DNA from: Hemiscyllium ocellatum
Taxonomy: Eukaryota
Assembly (NCBI RefSeq): GCF_020745735.1
Contig: NW_026867444.1
Span: forward strand, 124,001-188,000
DNA: 64,000 bases
Reading direction: 5' to 3'
In this document: one piece after another, positions 24,108 to 37,324 of the stretch
How the letters are laid out: each line of letters starts with the position of its first letter
Numbering within the stretch: the stretch's first letter is position 1
Program-made: the position numbers and the translations under genes
Notes under the pieces: generated by a model
The model's input: the letters and a program-made list of their open reading frames with translations, nothing else
Told to the model about the DNA's origin: nothing
The model's database searches: none

Positions 24108-24326
24108 TAAGAAATGTTGCTGAAAAAGCGCAGCAGTTCAGGCAGCATCCAAGGGACAGGAGAATTGACATTTCAGGCATAAGACCTTCTTCAGGAAATC
24201 CCTGAAGAAGGGCTTATGCCTGAAACGTTGATTCTCCTGTTCCTTGGATGCTGCCTGACCTGCTGCACTTTTCCAGCAACATATTTTCAGCTCTGATCTC
24301 CAGCATCTGCAGTCCTCACTTTCTCC
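24108..24326. mobile_element. Fold-back Penelope-tail mini-element, hammerhead family B
   Basis: Inverted arms around about 24198. Plus arm CTGAAGA-A-GGGC-ttat-GCCT-GAAA-CGTT. Degenerate ~17-bp TSD TTGGGTTTTTTGAGCAG (24091-24107) / TTGGGTGTTTTGACGCAG (24327-24344). Confidence 0.72.
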
Positions 24327-24344
24327 TTGGGTGTTTTGACGCAG

Positions 24345-24640
24345 GTTCAATTCCAGCCTCAGGCAACTGTCTGTGTGGAGTTTGCACATTCTCCAACTGT
24401 CTGCGTAGGTTTCCTCTGGGTGCTCTGGTTTCATCCCATAATCTAAAGACTTGCAGGTTAGGTGAATTTGGCCATGCTAAGTTACCCATAGTGGTCAGGG
24501 TTGTGTTGGTTAGGCTCATTAGTCAGGGGAAAAGCAGAGTAATAAGACAGGGGATTGGGTCTTGGGTAGGTTACTCTTCCAAGGGTCAGTGTGGACATGT
24601 TGGGCCAAATGGCCTGTTTCCTCACTGTAGCGATTTTATG
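24345..24640 (+). mobile_element. HE1-like V-SINE (older, 5'-truncated)
   Basis: gttcaattccagcctcagg...tgtgtggagtttgcacattctcc core and CR1-like tail gggccaaatggcctgtttcc. Confidence 0.8.
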
Positions 24641-25649
24641 ACAGTCCATTCCAGATTCCCACCACCTGTTGAGTGAAAAAGTTCTTCGCCAAATGTCATT
24701 TGCGGTGTCCATAATGAAATCTTTCAAACCATTCGTTTTGTCTAGTGCCATTAAGCTCCTGAGCTCCTTGTTCAATAAATGTTTTATTCTTTTTAATAAA
24801 ATATGAGTTCCCTGACAGGGACAGTTACCTTTGTCCAATCTGGGAGCTCTGGCTGACAGATAGAAAGGGGCATGTCAGAAGGACTGATACTCTGGGACCT
24901 GACTCTGAATAACAACCTGCCAACCAACCCCCTCCTTCTGTCACCCTCAATCTCCCCATGCTTACTCTTGTTTCACCTTCGATCCAGCCTGTGCTGCCTT
25001 TGGGAGAGGTTGGCCTTCCCTCCATCACCCAGGAATGTGGTCATCATCCCAGAGCAGTCACACTTTTAACCTGAGGGTCATCACAGCTGGGGCAGGGGGA
25101 GAGAAGGTGGCACCTTCATGGTGGTCATACCTGTCATTAATCCACCGCAACCTCTCTTGGGGCTGCAAGAATTCAACCTCCCTCCCTCAGACAGCTCCCC
25201 TCCCTGGAAGGTAATATTGCTGCACCTTGTTTTGGGTTAATTAACCACTGAAATATGACTATGGGGAGCCAGCATTGGCTGGGCAGGCAGCCACGATTGA
25301 CCCTGGATTCAGAAAGTCCCCGTGTAATTGGGCAGCACATTAGGGAGCACAGTCTAGATTAGAGTAGTGCTGGAAAGGCACAGCAGGTCAGGCAGCATCT
25401 GAGGAGCAGGAAAATCGACATTTCTGCATTAGGGAGCACAGTGCCCACTGCCTCTGAAATCCCTCCCTTACTGAGAATACACTCTCAGTATTCACCTTTC
25501 TCAGCTGCCATCTGAATTTACAATAAATTCTGTGTCCAATGATCCTGCCCCTCCAGCTACCTGATGAAGAAGCAGTGCTCTGAACGCTTCTACTTTCAAA
25601 TAAACCTGTTTGACTATCAACTGGAGTTGCTGGATTTTTAACTTCGGCC

Positions 25650-25750
25650 TGGCTTTCCTGATGAAGGGCTTATGCTCGAAACGTCGAATTCTCTATTCCT
25701 GAGATGCTGCCTGGCCTGCTGTGCTTTGACCAGCAACACATTTGCAGCAG
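25650..25750 (+). ncRNA. Solo Penelope tail with intact minimal hammerhead core (family B)
   Basis: TTC-CTGATGA-A-GGGC-ttat-GCTC-GAAA-CGTC-GAA; core 25658-25685, stem I TTC/GAA, predicted cleavage after 25685. Confidence 0.6.
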
Positions 25751-26098
25751 CATCTGAATGAGCTGCCATCTCAGACTGAATCAGCAGAACTGTTTTCCAT
25801 TCTTGATTTGAGAAGATTAAAGCCTAATCTTTAATCCCCAGCACAAAGCCCATTTTCAATCCATCGCTCGGAGACACATACCTCAGAGAGACACCTATAG
25901 ACAGCACAGAGTAACACACTCACTCTGTGAGACAGGTAGCACTGAGGAACATGATCACACTCCATGCTGCAGATTGGTGTCTCCGAATGTGGGTCGTTAC
26001 TGAACGCTGCCTGTGGGTGTCTCTCTGAGTAACAAATCCACACTGAGAGAGACCCCTCCAAGCAGCATTATGTTAAACACTCGCACTCAGAGAGGCAC

Positions 26099-26336
26099 GC
26101 ATTCTAGATTAGAGTGGTGCTGGAAAAGCACAGCAGTTCAGGCAGCATCCGAGGAGCAGAAAAATCAACGTTTTCGGCAAAAGCCCTTCATCAAGAATAG
26201 AGCTCTATTCCTGATGAAGGGCTTTGCCCGAAATGTCGATTTTCTTGCTCCTCAGATGCTGCCTGAACTGCTGTGCTTTTCCAGTACCACTCGAATCTAG
26301 AATCTGGTTTCCAGCATCTGCAGTCCTTGTTTTTAC
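26099..26336. mobile_element. Fold-back Penelope-tail mini-element, hammerhead family B (near-perfect ~100-bp hairpin)
   Basis: Arms meet at palindrome AATAGAGCTCTATT (26197-26210). Plus arm CTGATGA-A-GGGC-ttt-GCCC-GAAA-TGTC. TSD CTCAGAGAGGCAC (26086-26098) / CTCAGAGAGACAC (26337-26349). Confidence 0.82.
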
Positions 26337-27096
26337 CTCAGAGAGACACAGCTGACAATGTCAGTGATTGGCCGAAGATTGTTTCAGCAGCTACCCAACA
26401 TGCAGCAGAGATTGCACAGTGCGATCCCATCAGCTGGACCTGGACCAACAGAGTGAAGAGGGAGTGCATCAGATTGTACTTATTGAGTCCTAACAGCTTT
26501 CAGTTTCTGTTCTTTTTGGAATCTTGTAACCTGCATAAATTCCTGATCAAAGGGATCATTTGAAAATGATTAATGATTGATGATTGCAATTGATTAACAT
26601 GCCAACCAGGCAATCTTTACAATGACCTGCTGAAATGCAGCCAATCAACTGGGGGGTGGGGAAGGTCATCTATTTCCAAAGCACACAGAGACAGAGACTG
26701 AATCTTCATCTTTATTACCTTTTCCACATTCACATTGACAGAAAAAAAACTGCATTTAACAGCCCAGACAGAGGAAGCTGCTCAAATTCACAGCCACAAT
26801 GGCGTTTAAGGAAAACATTTGTGGAGAATTGCTCAATAACATGAGAATCCTGTCCCTTTAAACAGTGACAAAACCTTAAATTGGAACTGAGAGCTAAGCA
26901 GGAAGAAGATCTGGTTTATTGAAGCAGAGAATTCTGAGGTTCACATTGTTTTGTACAGCTGACAGTCTTCAGCAACTTCAGGAGATTTTACTTGGCATCA
27001 CAAGTCAACTCTGTCCCCATCAAACACTCCCAGAACAGGGACAGCATGGGGTTTGACACAGCGTAAAGCTCCCTCGACACTGTTGCAATGACCTGC

Positions 27097-27102
27097 TTTA
27101 AT
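27097..27102 (-). terminator. Candidate poly(A) signal ATTAAA of the kappa transcript
   Basis: ATTAAA on the minus strand about 140 nt after the C stop codon; first hexamer found in the 3' UTR. Confidence 0.5.
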
Positions 27103-27241
27103 ATCCAAACCTCAGAAGTGTCTCTGAGCAGTCCTGAGAAGGAAGAGAGTTGAAATTCAGTGCTGACAATGACCTTTGTCCTGCCAGCTCAGTGCTGTTC
27201 TATTTAAAGTTGTGTCTCCTCTGTGGACTGTCTCAAACACT

Positions 27242-27570
27242 CTAAACACATTCTGATCTCCTGATGCTCTTGCTGAGGGGAGAGGGGAGGGTCACGTGGG
27301 TGAGGGCACAGGAGAAGCGAGCGTTGGACTCCCAGTCAGACCCAGAGAGGGTCAGCAGGCTGCTGACACTGTAGGTGCTGTCCGAAGCTCGCAGGTAGTT
27401 GCTGGTCTGAACCCCGTCCGAAATGACTGCACCGTCCTTCTTCCACTGCACCTCCAGCTCATCGGGATAGAAGTGATTGGCAAGGCACACCAGGGTGGCA
27501 GTGCTCTTGGCATTGACCTGCTCCGGGGAGGGTGGCAGCAGGGTCAGCTTGGGCTGAGAGTTGTCACGGC
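27242..27570 (-). CDS. IGKC: Ig kappa (type III) light-chain constant exon
   Basis: Acceptor tttctcttgtctttcAG at 27571-27572. With the A carried over from J it reads SRDNSQPKLTLLPPSPEQVNAKSTATLVCLANHFYPDELEVQWKKDG...YSVSSLLTLSGSDWESNARFSCALTHVTLPSPLSKSIRRSECV*. C1-set Cys/Trp/Cys and the terminal interchain Cys are present. Confidence 0.97.
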
Positions 27571-30139
27571 CTGAAAGACAAGAGAAACAATTTTAATCCC
27601 TGCCATTTGAAGGGAATTCAACCCTCACAATATTCACTGGCAATACAATCTTTTTGAATATTTTTGGTCAATATAGAATAAACCCGACAAAAGAACAGAC
27701 ACTATTCAAATTGCTTCTTGGGATCTGAGTGTCACTGGCAGGGCCAGCATTCATTACCGTCCCTAGATGTCCCTGAGAAGGTGATGGTGAAGCAGCTGAG
27801 AGAGAAGGGACAATTTTGGACCATCAGTTATGGAATGAATGTGGGCATCTGGAAGGGCTATCGATGGGGGAGCATTTTAGTGAAAGTGATCAGAACTCAG
27901 TGAGATTGAGAGGAGGGATGGAAATGGAGAACCATGGAGCAAGTGTAAAAGTTTTCATTTTACTAAACTGTGTGGTGCTTTGGTAAAAGTGGATCGGAAC
28001 CAATGGCATGATGGGAAATCAGTGTCAGGGCAGTGGGAGCCCTCGAAGGATGAGACAGACTGTTCCGAATCTGTTCCCACAATGAGTAAGGGTGGGACTC
28101 CCACATCTAGACCAAAGGAACAAGAGGATTGGGGTCATGTACTGACATGGATTGGGAACTGGTTGGCAGGCAGCACAGAAAGAATGAGTCTTTTTCTGAA
28201 TGTCAGGTAATTACAACTTAGGGTGCCACAGGGTCAGCCCTTGGTACCCAGTTATTCATAATAAATAACAATAGAGTCATAGGGGCCCAAAAGGCCCATC
28301 AGCCCATTGTGTCCATACTGGTCAAAAAACAACAACCCAATAATTGCTATCCATTTTTCCAGCAAAAGGGAACTAGATGCAATGTGTATTTAAGAAGGAA
28401 TTAGATATAGTTCTTAGGATTAAAGGGATCAAAGAATGTGGGGAGAAAGTAGGAACAGGGGACTGTGTTGGATGAACAGCCATGATCATGCTGAATGGTG
28501 GAGCAGGCTTGAAGGGCTGAATGGCCTACTGCTGCTCCTGTGTTTGATGTTTCTATCTGTTTCTCAGATAATGAAGGAATGTCTCTCATCATTTTGAAGC
28601 AGGAAGTCAGATGTGTGTGGAGGTGGAAGATGTGGGCATGGTGATTAATGAATACTGGTCAGTGAGGTGGTTCCAGAAGACACATGGGATAAACTGTTTT
28701 GCTTCTTCCCTTGATGGAATGAGGGCATTGCTGGATCGGCAGCATTTGTTGCCCATCCCTAATCACCCAAAGGGCAGTTTAGAGTCACCCACATTGCTGT
28801 GGGTCTGGGGTCACATGGTAAGGATGGCAGTTTTCTTCCCTAAAGGACATAAGGGAATCAGATGCTTTTTCCTGACAATCAACGATGGTTTCATGGCCAT
28901 CATTAGGCTCTTAATTGCAGATTTTGTTTTGATTGAATTTGAACGCCACCATCTGCTGGATTCTAACAGTGGTCCCCAGAATATTATCTGGATCTCTGGA
29001 TTAACAGCTCAGCAATAACACCATTAGACCATCACCTCCCTTATCTCATTTTTGGTTGACTGTGAAAGCAAGGAGTTTGTTCATTCTGGAACTGTACAAA
29101 ACCCCAGTTAGAGCACAGTGAGAGAACTGTGTACGGTTCTGGTCACCACATACAGGAAGGATGTGATTCCATTAGAGATGGGGACAGAGGAGGAGTTTGT
29201 CTGGAATGGGGACTTTGAGCTTTGCGGAATGATTGGATTGGCTGGGACTGTTTTCTTTGGAACACAGGAGGCTGAGGGGAGATTTGATGGTGGTGTGTAA
29301 AATGATGAGGGGCCTGGACAGAGTGGGTAGGAAGGACTGATTTCCACCAGCACAGAGGGCAATAACCATGGGGAGAGATTGAAATCAGTTGGGGGCAGGA
29401 TTAGAGGGGGGTTGAGGGTATTTGTTTTCACCCAGAGCTTGGTGGGATGTGGGACTCACTGTCTGAAAGGGTGGGAGAGGCAGAAACCCTCATCACATTG
29501 AAAAAACACTGAGATGTTCACTTGAAACAGCGAAACTTCCAGAGCTATGGAGCAAGAACTGGAAAGTGGGATGGAGCGTGATATCTCTTTAACAAACCTC
29601 TGATTACCCACAGATCAGGAGAACCTTATCCAAGAACATTGGAGCAGACTCGGATCCACACACTTCAGGAAAGAGTCATGTTGGGTGTCTGTGTAGAAGA
29701 TTCTACATTATATTTCAAACTTTGCTGCACACTATTGGGCTGAGGTCAAGGGTGAGGCTGCAAAGAGCCTCAGTGTCCTAGGGTCAGACAGGGTCACTGC
29801 TCCTAATGACCCCATGACTCCTGGAAGGTGAGAGTGCGCAGACAATGGATGAGGATCCAGATCAGGAGACTCCAACCTTCAAGAAAGACTTGCACTTGTG
29901 TAGCACCTGCCCCCAATTCAGGATGTCCCACTGGATCTTTCCAGCAGACTGTGCACAGCAATATCTCAAACACCATGTGATAATTAACAGTGAAATACAT
30001 TCTGAGTGATTTTGACTGGGGGATAAATATTGACCAGGGACACCAGGGGGAACTGCCTGCTCTTCATCCAATAGTGCCGTGGAATGGCATCTTTCACAAC
30101 TGAAAGACTCTCAGTTCATCCAAAAAATGAAGAATAGTT

Positions 30140-30800
30140 CCTTGAAGATGAAGTTGCAGGTACATAGGGAAGTGACAAAGTTATTTGGTTTGCTTTCCTA
30201 TACTGGGCAGTGCATTGGGTATTGGAGTTGGGAGCTGTTGCGGCTGTACAGGACATTGGTTAGGGCACTTTTGGAATACTGTGTGCAATTCAGTTCTCCT
30301 TGCTGTAGGAAAAATGTTGCGAATCTTAAAATGATTTACAAGGATGTTGCCAAGGTTAGAGGGTTAGTGCGAAAGGGAGAGGCTGAATAGGCTGAGGCTG
30401 TTTTTCCTGGATCATTGCAGGTTGATGGGTGACCGTATAGAGGTTTATAAAATCATGAGCGGCATAGATAAGGTGAATAGAGAAGATCTTTTCTCCAGAG
30501 TTGGGGAGTCCAGAACTGGAAGGCATAGGCTGAAGGTGACAGGGGAAAGATTTAAAAGGGACCTAAGGGACAACGTTTTCATTCAGAGGGTGTTAAATGT
30601 ATGGAATGAGCTGCCAGAGGAGGTGGTGAAGGCTGGTACAATTACAACATTTAAAAGGCATGGATATGTAAATAGGAAGATGTAAGAGGGATATGGGCCA
30701 AATGCTGGCAAGTAGGACTAGATTAATTTCAGATATCTGGTCAGCATGGACGAGTTGGACCAAAGGGTCGGATTCTGTGCTGTCCATCTCTCTGACTCTA
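30140..30800 (+). mobile_element. CR1 LINE 3' fragment (intronic, antisense to kappa)
   Basis: LYRTLVRALLEYCVQFSSP and GDRIEVYKIM...LKVTGERFKRDLR; CR1 3' UTR ending ctctgactct. Confidence 0.85.
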
Positions 30801-31169
30801 ATTGTATTTCAATCCAGCCCTTAACACTTCAGGCTCTCCCAAAGACATTTACAGACAGTTTTGTTTGACAAGCAGTCACTGTTGCAATGTTAATAACATG
30901 GCAGCCAGTTTCTGCAGAGCAAGATCCCACTAGAAGCAATGACATCAAAGACCAATAATGATGTTGGCTCAATGATAAATATTGGCCTGAACTCAACCCA
31001 AAGAGAAAGTAATTTGGTTCAGTTGGATGGAAAATGAGAAAATGGAAGGTAAAGGAGAAGGTAGGATTGCCGGTTAGTGATGGGATTGATTGTTACCAGA
31101 AAATAAAAGAAAGGGATGGAATTTTTGAATATCAAAGGGATCATAAAAGTGCAGGGAAAATCAACAATA

Positions 31170-33930
31170 GAACAAACTTAAAGAGTTTGTATCTAAATGC
31201 ACAAAGCATTCTGAGTAAGGTTGACAAAGTGATGCCACAAATCCAGGTAAATTGAGTTTCCAAGGAATTTAAACTAGTTAACGTGGAGGAGGGTTCAGGA
31301 AAGGTTATTCAAGTTTCTAGAAGATGTAAAAGGACAGAGAGTACAGAAAGGATCAGGAATCGAACATAAAGCACAGCAGATAAGAGGACAATGATGGGAA
31401 GGAGGGCAGTCAATGCAGGACTGAGGGTGTTGTACTTAAATGCACACAGTATACACAATGGGCTTGTAATGCAGATTGAAACTGGCAGGTACGATGTTGT
31501 GGGTATCACAGGGACATGGCTGTAAGGGGATCCGGGGTGGGAACTAAATATCCAAGGAAACATGTCCTATCAAAAGGACAGGCAGATGGGCAGAGGGGGA
31601 AGAGTTGTCTTGTTAGTGAGAAATGAAATTAAATCAATAGCAAGAAGTGATGTAGAGTTAGAAGGTGTAGAATCTGTGTGGGTAGAGCTGAGGAACTGCA
31701 ATAAATAAAGAATCTGATGCAAGTTATGTCCAGGTCTCCAAGCAGTAATCAGAATGTGGGGAAGGAAATCAGTCAGGAGACAGAAAATGTCAGGGCAGAC
31801 TTCAGTGGATCGGTGGACTGGGTAGTGTATCTCAAGGAAAGGATTTCATGGAATATCTATGAGATGGATTTTGGAGCAGCTTGTGCTTGAGCCATTATGG
31901 AACAGGCAGGTCTGGATTCAGTGATGTGTATTGAGGCAAACATGATTAGTGAGTTTAAGGTGAAAGTATCCCTGTGGATAAGTGACCATAATACAATAGA
32001 ATTCCCCCTGTAGTTTGAGAGGGAGAAGCTGTAAGCAGATTGAACAGTATTTCAGTTGAGTAAAGGTAACTCAATGTGGTGGAGAATAGTGGGAAGCCAG
32101 CGGATGAGGGAGCCTTTAAAAACCTGCAGGGGATAACTGAAAAAGCATTAAGGGTGGAGAATGTGAAATGTGGGAGTTATCTAGCCAGTAATATAAAAGA
32201 AGATTGCAGGAGTTTTATCAGGTGTATAAAAAGGAAGAGTGATTCAAAAATAGACTATGGATCACTGGAAGATGAGGCTAGAGAATGAATAACAGGAAAT
32301 GAAGGAATAGCAGAGGAATTGAATAGATATTTTGCATCAGTCTGCACCATGGAAAACACCAGCAGTGTCCCAGTACTTCAAGACTGTCAGGGGTCGGAGC
32401 GGAGTTGCAGTGGCCATCACTAAGGAGGAGGTACTGGGGAAGCTGAAAGGTCTGAATGTGGATAACTCACCCAGACTGGATGAACTACACCAGTGTGTTC
32501 TGAAGGAGATCGCTGAGGAGATTGTGGAGGCATTGGTGATGATCGTTCAGGAATCAATGGAGTCAGGGTGTGGAGGTGAGATGGGGACGGATTTGGTGGG
32601 GGCAAGGGACAGGAAAATGGCTCACATATCACCCCTGTTTAAGAAGGGAGGGAGGTAGAAGATGGGACATTATCAGCCAGTTAGCCAGGACTCAGTTGTT
32701 GGTAAAGTTTTAGACTTCAATTTAAGGATGAAATTGCAGAGGACTTGGAAGTGCAATGGCTTCATCAAGGAGATATCATGCCTGGCAAATCTGTTAGAAT
32801 TCTTTGAGGAGGCAATGAGCCAGTCAGACAAAGGAGAGTCAAAGGAAGTAATCTATTTGGATTTCCACAAGGCATTTGACATCAGACAAGCGCCCACAGT
32901 ATTAGGGGCAATGTAGTGGCATGGATTGAAGACTGGCAGGTTGGCATAAAGCAGAGCGTGAGGAACAATGGCCGCTGGTGACCAGTAGAGTTCTGCAGGT
33001 GTCAATGTTAGGGCCATAACTATTCACGTTATACATGAACAATCTGGATGAAGGAAGTGAAGACATTGTTGCTAAGTTTGCAGGTGACATGGGGTAGGTG
33101 GAGGGACAGGTAGTGTTGAGGAAGTGGGAAGGCTGTAAAATCTCCTGGATAGGCTGGGAGAGTGGGCAAAGAAGTGGCAGATAGAATACAATGTGTGACA
33201 GTGTGAGGGTGTGCACTTTGGGAGGAAGAAGAGATGCAAAGACTGTTTGCTAAATAAGGAAAGCCTTTGGAAATCTAAAGCACAAACCTCATTCAGGTTT
33301 CCCTTCAGGTTAACAGGCAGGTCCAGTTTGTGCTTGGGAAGGCAAATGAAATGATAGCATTCATTTCAATAGGGCCAGAATACAAGAGCAGAGATGTACT
33401 GCTGAGGCTGTGTAAGGCTCTGGTCAGACCACATTTTGAATATTGTGAGCAGATTTGGGACCCATAGTCTAAGAAACAATGTGCTGGTATTGGAGGTTTT
33501 TACAAGAATGATCCTGGGGATGAAGGGCTTGTCATATGAGGCATGGTTGAGGACTCTGGGTCTGTACTCGACGGAGTTTAGAAGAATGAGGAGGGATCTG
33601 ATTGAAATTTGCAGAATACTGATCGGTCTGGATAGAGTGGAAGCAGGACAGACTCGGGAACCAAGGCACAGCCTCAGAATGACGGGCTGACCCTTTCGAG
33701 CTGAGGTGAGGAGGAATTTCTTCAGCCAGAAGGTGGCGAATCTGTGGAACTCTTTGCTACAGAGGGCAGGGGAGGCCAAGTCACTGAGTGTATTTAAGAC
33801 AGATATAGATAGGTTCGTGATTGTGAAGGGGATCAAACGTTCCTGTGGAGTAGGCAGGGGAATGGGGGTGAGAAGCATATCTACCAAGATCAAATGGCAG
33901 AGCAGATTCAATGGGCTGAATGGCTGATTT
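31170..33930 (+). mobile_element. Decayed CR1 LINE ORF2 (EN and RT), intronic
   Basis: LYLNAHSI, ITGTWL, SCLANLLEFFEE, IYLDFHKAFD, KFAGD, HFEYCEQIW motifs with many stops. Confidence 0.85.
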
Positions 33931-34944
33931 CTGCTCCTATTTCTTAAAGACTTCTGGATAGTTTCCCCAAAACCCTGGAACACTGAACCCACTGGACTGT
34001 GAGCCCTGCTGGAGCTGTTTGTCATCAGAACTTTGCCAAGAGACAACCAAAGAGTGGAGAGAGTGTGCATCCATGTCGGAATTTCAGTATGCTTCCCAGC
34101 TCCTGGAATACCATGAGTACAGGAAGTGTGGTCAGTGACAGCAGTTGGAGCTCCGGGTTCGGAGCTTGAGCAGCAGCTGGTGTCAGTGCGGAGCGTATGT
34201 GAGGCTGAGAGCTCCATGTAGAGCACGTTTCTAGATGTGGTCACTCTGCAGCTTCAGAGTATGCAGGGAGAGAGGGAATGGGGGAGGAGCAGACAGTCCA
34301 AAAGGATCAGGCAGCTAGTACAGGAATCCCCTGAGTGTATCCCACTCTCCAACCAGGATTTAGTTTGGAATCCTGATGAGAATGATGATTCATCTGGGGA
34401 GTGCAGCCAGAGGCAAGTCCATGGCACCATGGGGGGCTCAGCTGTACTGGGGGGCGGGTGTGTGTGGTGGTGGGGTGGTATACGGACGACTGGAAGAGTG
34501 ATCGTGAAAGGAGATTCAAGACTGAGGGCATCGATAGGTGTTTCTGCAGCTGCAGATGGGAATCCAGGATGGTGTGTTGTCTCCCTGGTGCCAGGGTCAA
34601 GGATGTCACTGAGCGGCTGCAGACCACCCTGAGGGGAGAGGGGGAACAGGCAGCAGTCGTGGTCCACATCGGTCCCAGTGACAGAGGGAGAAAAGGGATG
34701 TAGTCCTGCAGTCAGAATTTAGGGAGCTCAGAAGGGAAATAACATCAGGAACTCAAAAGTAGGAATCTTCAGGTTACACTTGCCCCACGCAAGTGACAAG
34801 AGGAGCAGGAGGATAACACAAGTGACTGTGTGGCTGGGAAGAGGATCCAGGAGGGAGGGTTTTAGATTCTTGTGACATTGGGACTGGGTCTGGGGGAGAT
34901 GGGACCTGGATAGACCAGACAGCGTCGCTCCTGAACAGAACTGT

Positions 34945-35237
34945 GGGCGGCACGGTGGCAGAGTGGTTAGCACTGCTGCCTCACAGCGCCTGTAGACCCG
35001 GTTCAATTCCCGACTCAGGCGACTGACTGTGTGGAGTTTGCACGTTCTCCCCGTGTCTGCGTGGGTTTCCTCACAGTCCAAAGATGTGCGGGTCAGGTGA
35101 ATTGGCCAAGCTGAATTGCCCGTAGTGTTAGGTAAGGGGTAAATGTAGGGGTATGGGTGGGTTGCGCTTCGGCGGGTCGGTGTGGACTTGTTGGGCCGAA
35201 GGGCCTGTTTCCACACTGTAAGTCTAATCTAATCTAA
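34945..35237 (+). mobile_element. Young HE1-like tRNA-derived V-SINE
   Basis: GGGCGGCACGGTGGCAGAGTGGTTAGCACTGCTGCC head with A/B boxes (GGTTCAATTCC), V-domain core and (AATCT)n tail; short deletion between TTTCCTC direct repeats relative to the other copies. Confidence 0.92.
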
Positions 35238-36885
35238 AACTGGCACTGAGCTCCTTTGAGGTGATCTACTCGTGCTGTTGGAGAGGGTTTAAACTAATTT
35301 GGCAGGGCTGTGGGAGTCAGGAGGGACTGTCAGAGAGGAACACCAAGGTCCACAGAATCATCAGTGCAGTCAATAAGTCACCACCCAGTGGGAAGGATTT
35401 AGAGGAATACGTTTGCAAGGAATTTACAGAGACCTGCAAATATAATAGTCATTATAAATGGGGTGGGGGGTGGGGAATGTCTTTAATTTCTGAATATAGA
35501 CTGGGATAGTAGCAGTGTGAAGGACAGAGAGGGGCCAGAGTTGTGAGAGTGTGTTCATGTGAATTTTCTCCAGCCGCAGGTTTCCAGTCCAATGAGAAAG
35601 GAGGCTCTGCTCGATCTGGATCTTGGGAATGAGGAGGCCCAAGTGGATCAAGTGTCAGTGAGAGGACACTTAAGGAAGAGTGATCATTGTATCACAAAGT
35701 TGAGGGTGACGGTAGAAAAGAACAAAGGCCTTTTCAGGGTCAAACATCTTCACTGAGGAAAATGCCAGTTTCTGTAGGATATGGATGTATCGGATCTGAA
35801 TAAAATGGGATCAAAGGTTGGCAGGGAAGTCCTGAAAAGAATAGTAGAGGATGTGGACCAGGTATATTCGAGATACATTTGAAGGAGGGCAAACAATTCC
35901 TGAACTTACTCAAGGGCAAAAGTGGTAGAATTATGGTAAATAAGAAAAGGGCAAAAGAGTAACTAGAGAGAGAATAGGGCCCCATGAAGATGAACAATGT
36001 ACCTCTGGGTGGATCCACAGGAAATGGTTTAGGTCTTAAATGAATATTCCAGGTCAGTACTTATCATGGAGAAAGACATGGAAATTTGGGAACTTGGGAA
36101 ATAAATAGTAATGTCTTGACACAAGTCCACATTACAGAAAAGGATTTCTTAAAGTGCAAGACGGTAGATAAATCTCCAGGACCTGATCAGATGTATCCCA
36201 GGACATTGTGGAAAGCGAGGAAAGAGATTGCTGGACCCCTTGCTGAGGTATGTTTCTGATTGACAGCCATGAGTGAGGTTCTGGAGAACCAGAGAGGTTG
36301 GCTAATGTTAGCCATTATTTAAGGAAAAGCCAAGGAACTATAAACCAGTGAGCCTGATGTCATTGCTGGGTAAGTTATTGGAGTGAATTCTGAGGGACAG
36401 GATTTACATGCATTTGGACAATCAATGCAGTTTTGTGCATGGTAATCGTGTCTCACTAACGTGATTGAGGTTGTTTGAAGAGAAGATTGATGTAGGCAAA
36501 ATAGTAGACACTGTCTGTATGGACTTCAGCAAAGCATTTGACAAGGTTCCACATGATAGACTGATTAGTAAGGTTAGGCCGCATGGGATCCAGGGGGAGC
36601 TAGCCATTTGGGTAAAAAAATGACTTCAAGATCGGAGACAGAGAGTGGTGGTAAGGGGTTGCTTTTCAGACTGGAGATCAGATGTCAGCTGTGTGCCACA
36701 AAGATTGGTGCTGGGTCCACGGCTTTTCATCATTTAAATAAATGATTTGGATGTGAATATAGGAATTATGGTGAGTTTGTAAATGACCCCAAAATTGGTG
36801 GTACAGTGGATAGTGAAGAAGCTTATCTGAGAGTACAGTGGGACCTTGATCATTTGGGGAAATGGGCAGAGGTGTGGCAAATGGA

Positions 36886-37097
36886 CAAAAGTGCAGACTG
36901 CAGATGCTGGAAACCAGAGTTTAGATCAGAGTGGTGCTGGAAAAGCACAGCATGTCAGGCAGCATCCGAGGAGCAGAAAAATCGACGTTTCGGCTAGAGG
37001 AATCCTGATGAAGGACTTTTGCCTGAAACGTCAATTTTCCTGCTCCTCGGATGGTGCCTGACCTGCTGTGCTTTTCCAGCACCACTCTGATCTCAAC
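36886..37097. mobile_element. Fold-back Penelope-tail mini-element (family B) inserted in CR1 in the J-C intron
   Basis: 14-bp TSD GTGTGGCAAATGGA (36872-36885) / GTGTGACAAATGGA (37098-37111). Plus arm CTGATGA-A-GGAC-tttt-GCCT-GAAA-CGTC (37005-37032). Minus arm is truncated inside stem II. Confidence 0.85.
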
Positions 37098-37224
37098 GTG
37101 TGACAAATGGAGTTCAATTTAGATAAATGTGAGATGTTGCATTTTGGAAAGTCAAACCAGGGCAGGACTTATACTGTTAATGGTGGGGCCCTGTGGAGTG
37201 TTGCTCAACAAAGTGACCTCAGGG

Positions 37225-37324
37225 TGCAGGGGCAGGGGCAGGGGCAGGGGCAGGGGCATGGGCAGGGGCAGGGGCAGGTGCAGGGGCAGGGGCAGGTGCA
37301 GGGGCAGGGGCAGATGCAGGGGCA
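37225..37324 (+). repeat. (GGGGCA)n hexamer repeat, about 16 units
   Basis: Direct reading; expansion within a CR1 3' region. Confidence 0.95.
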
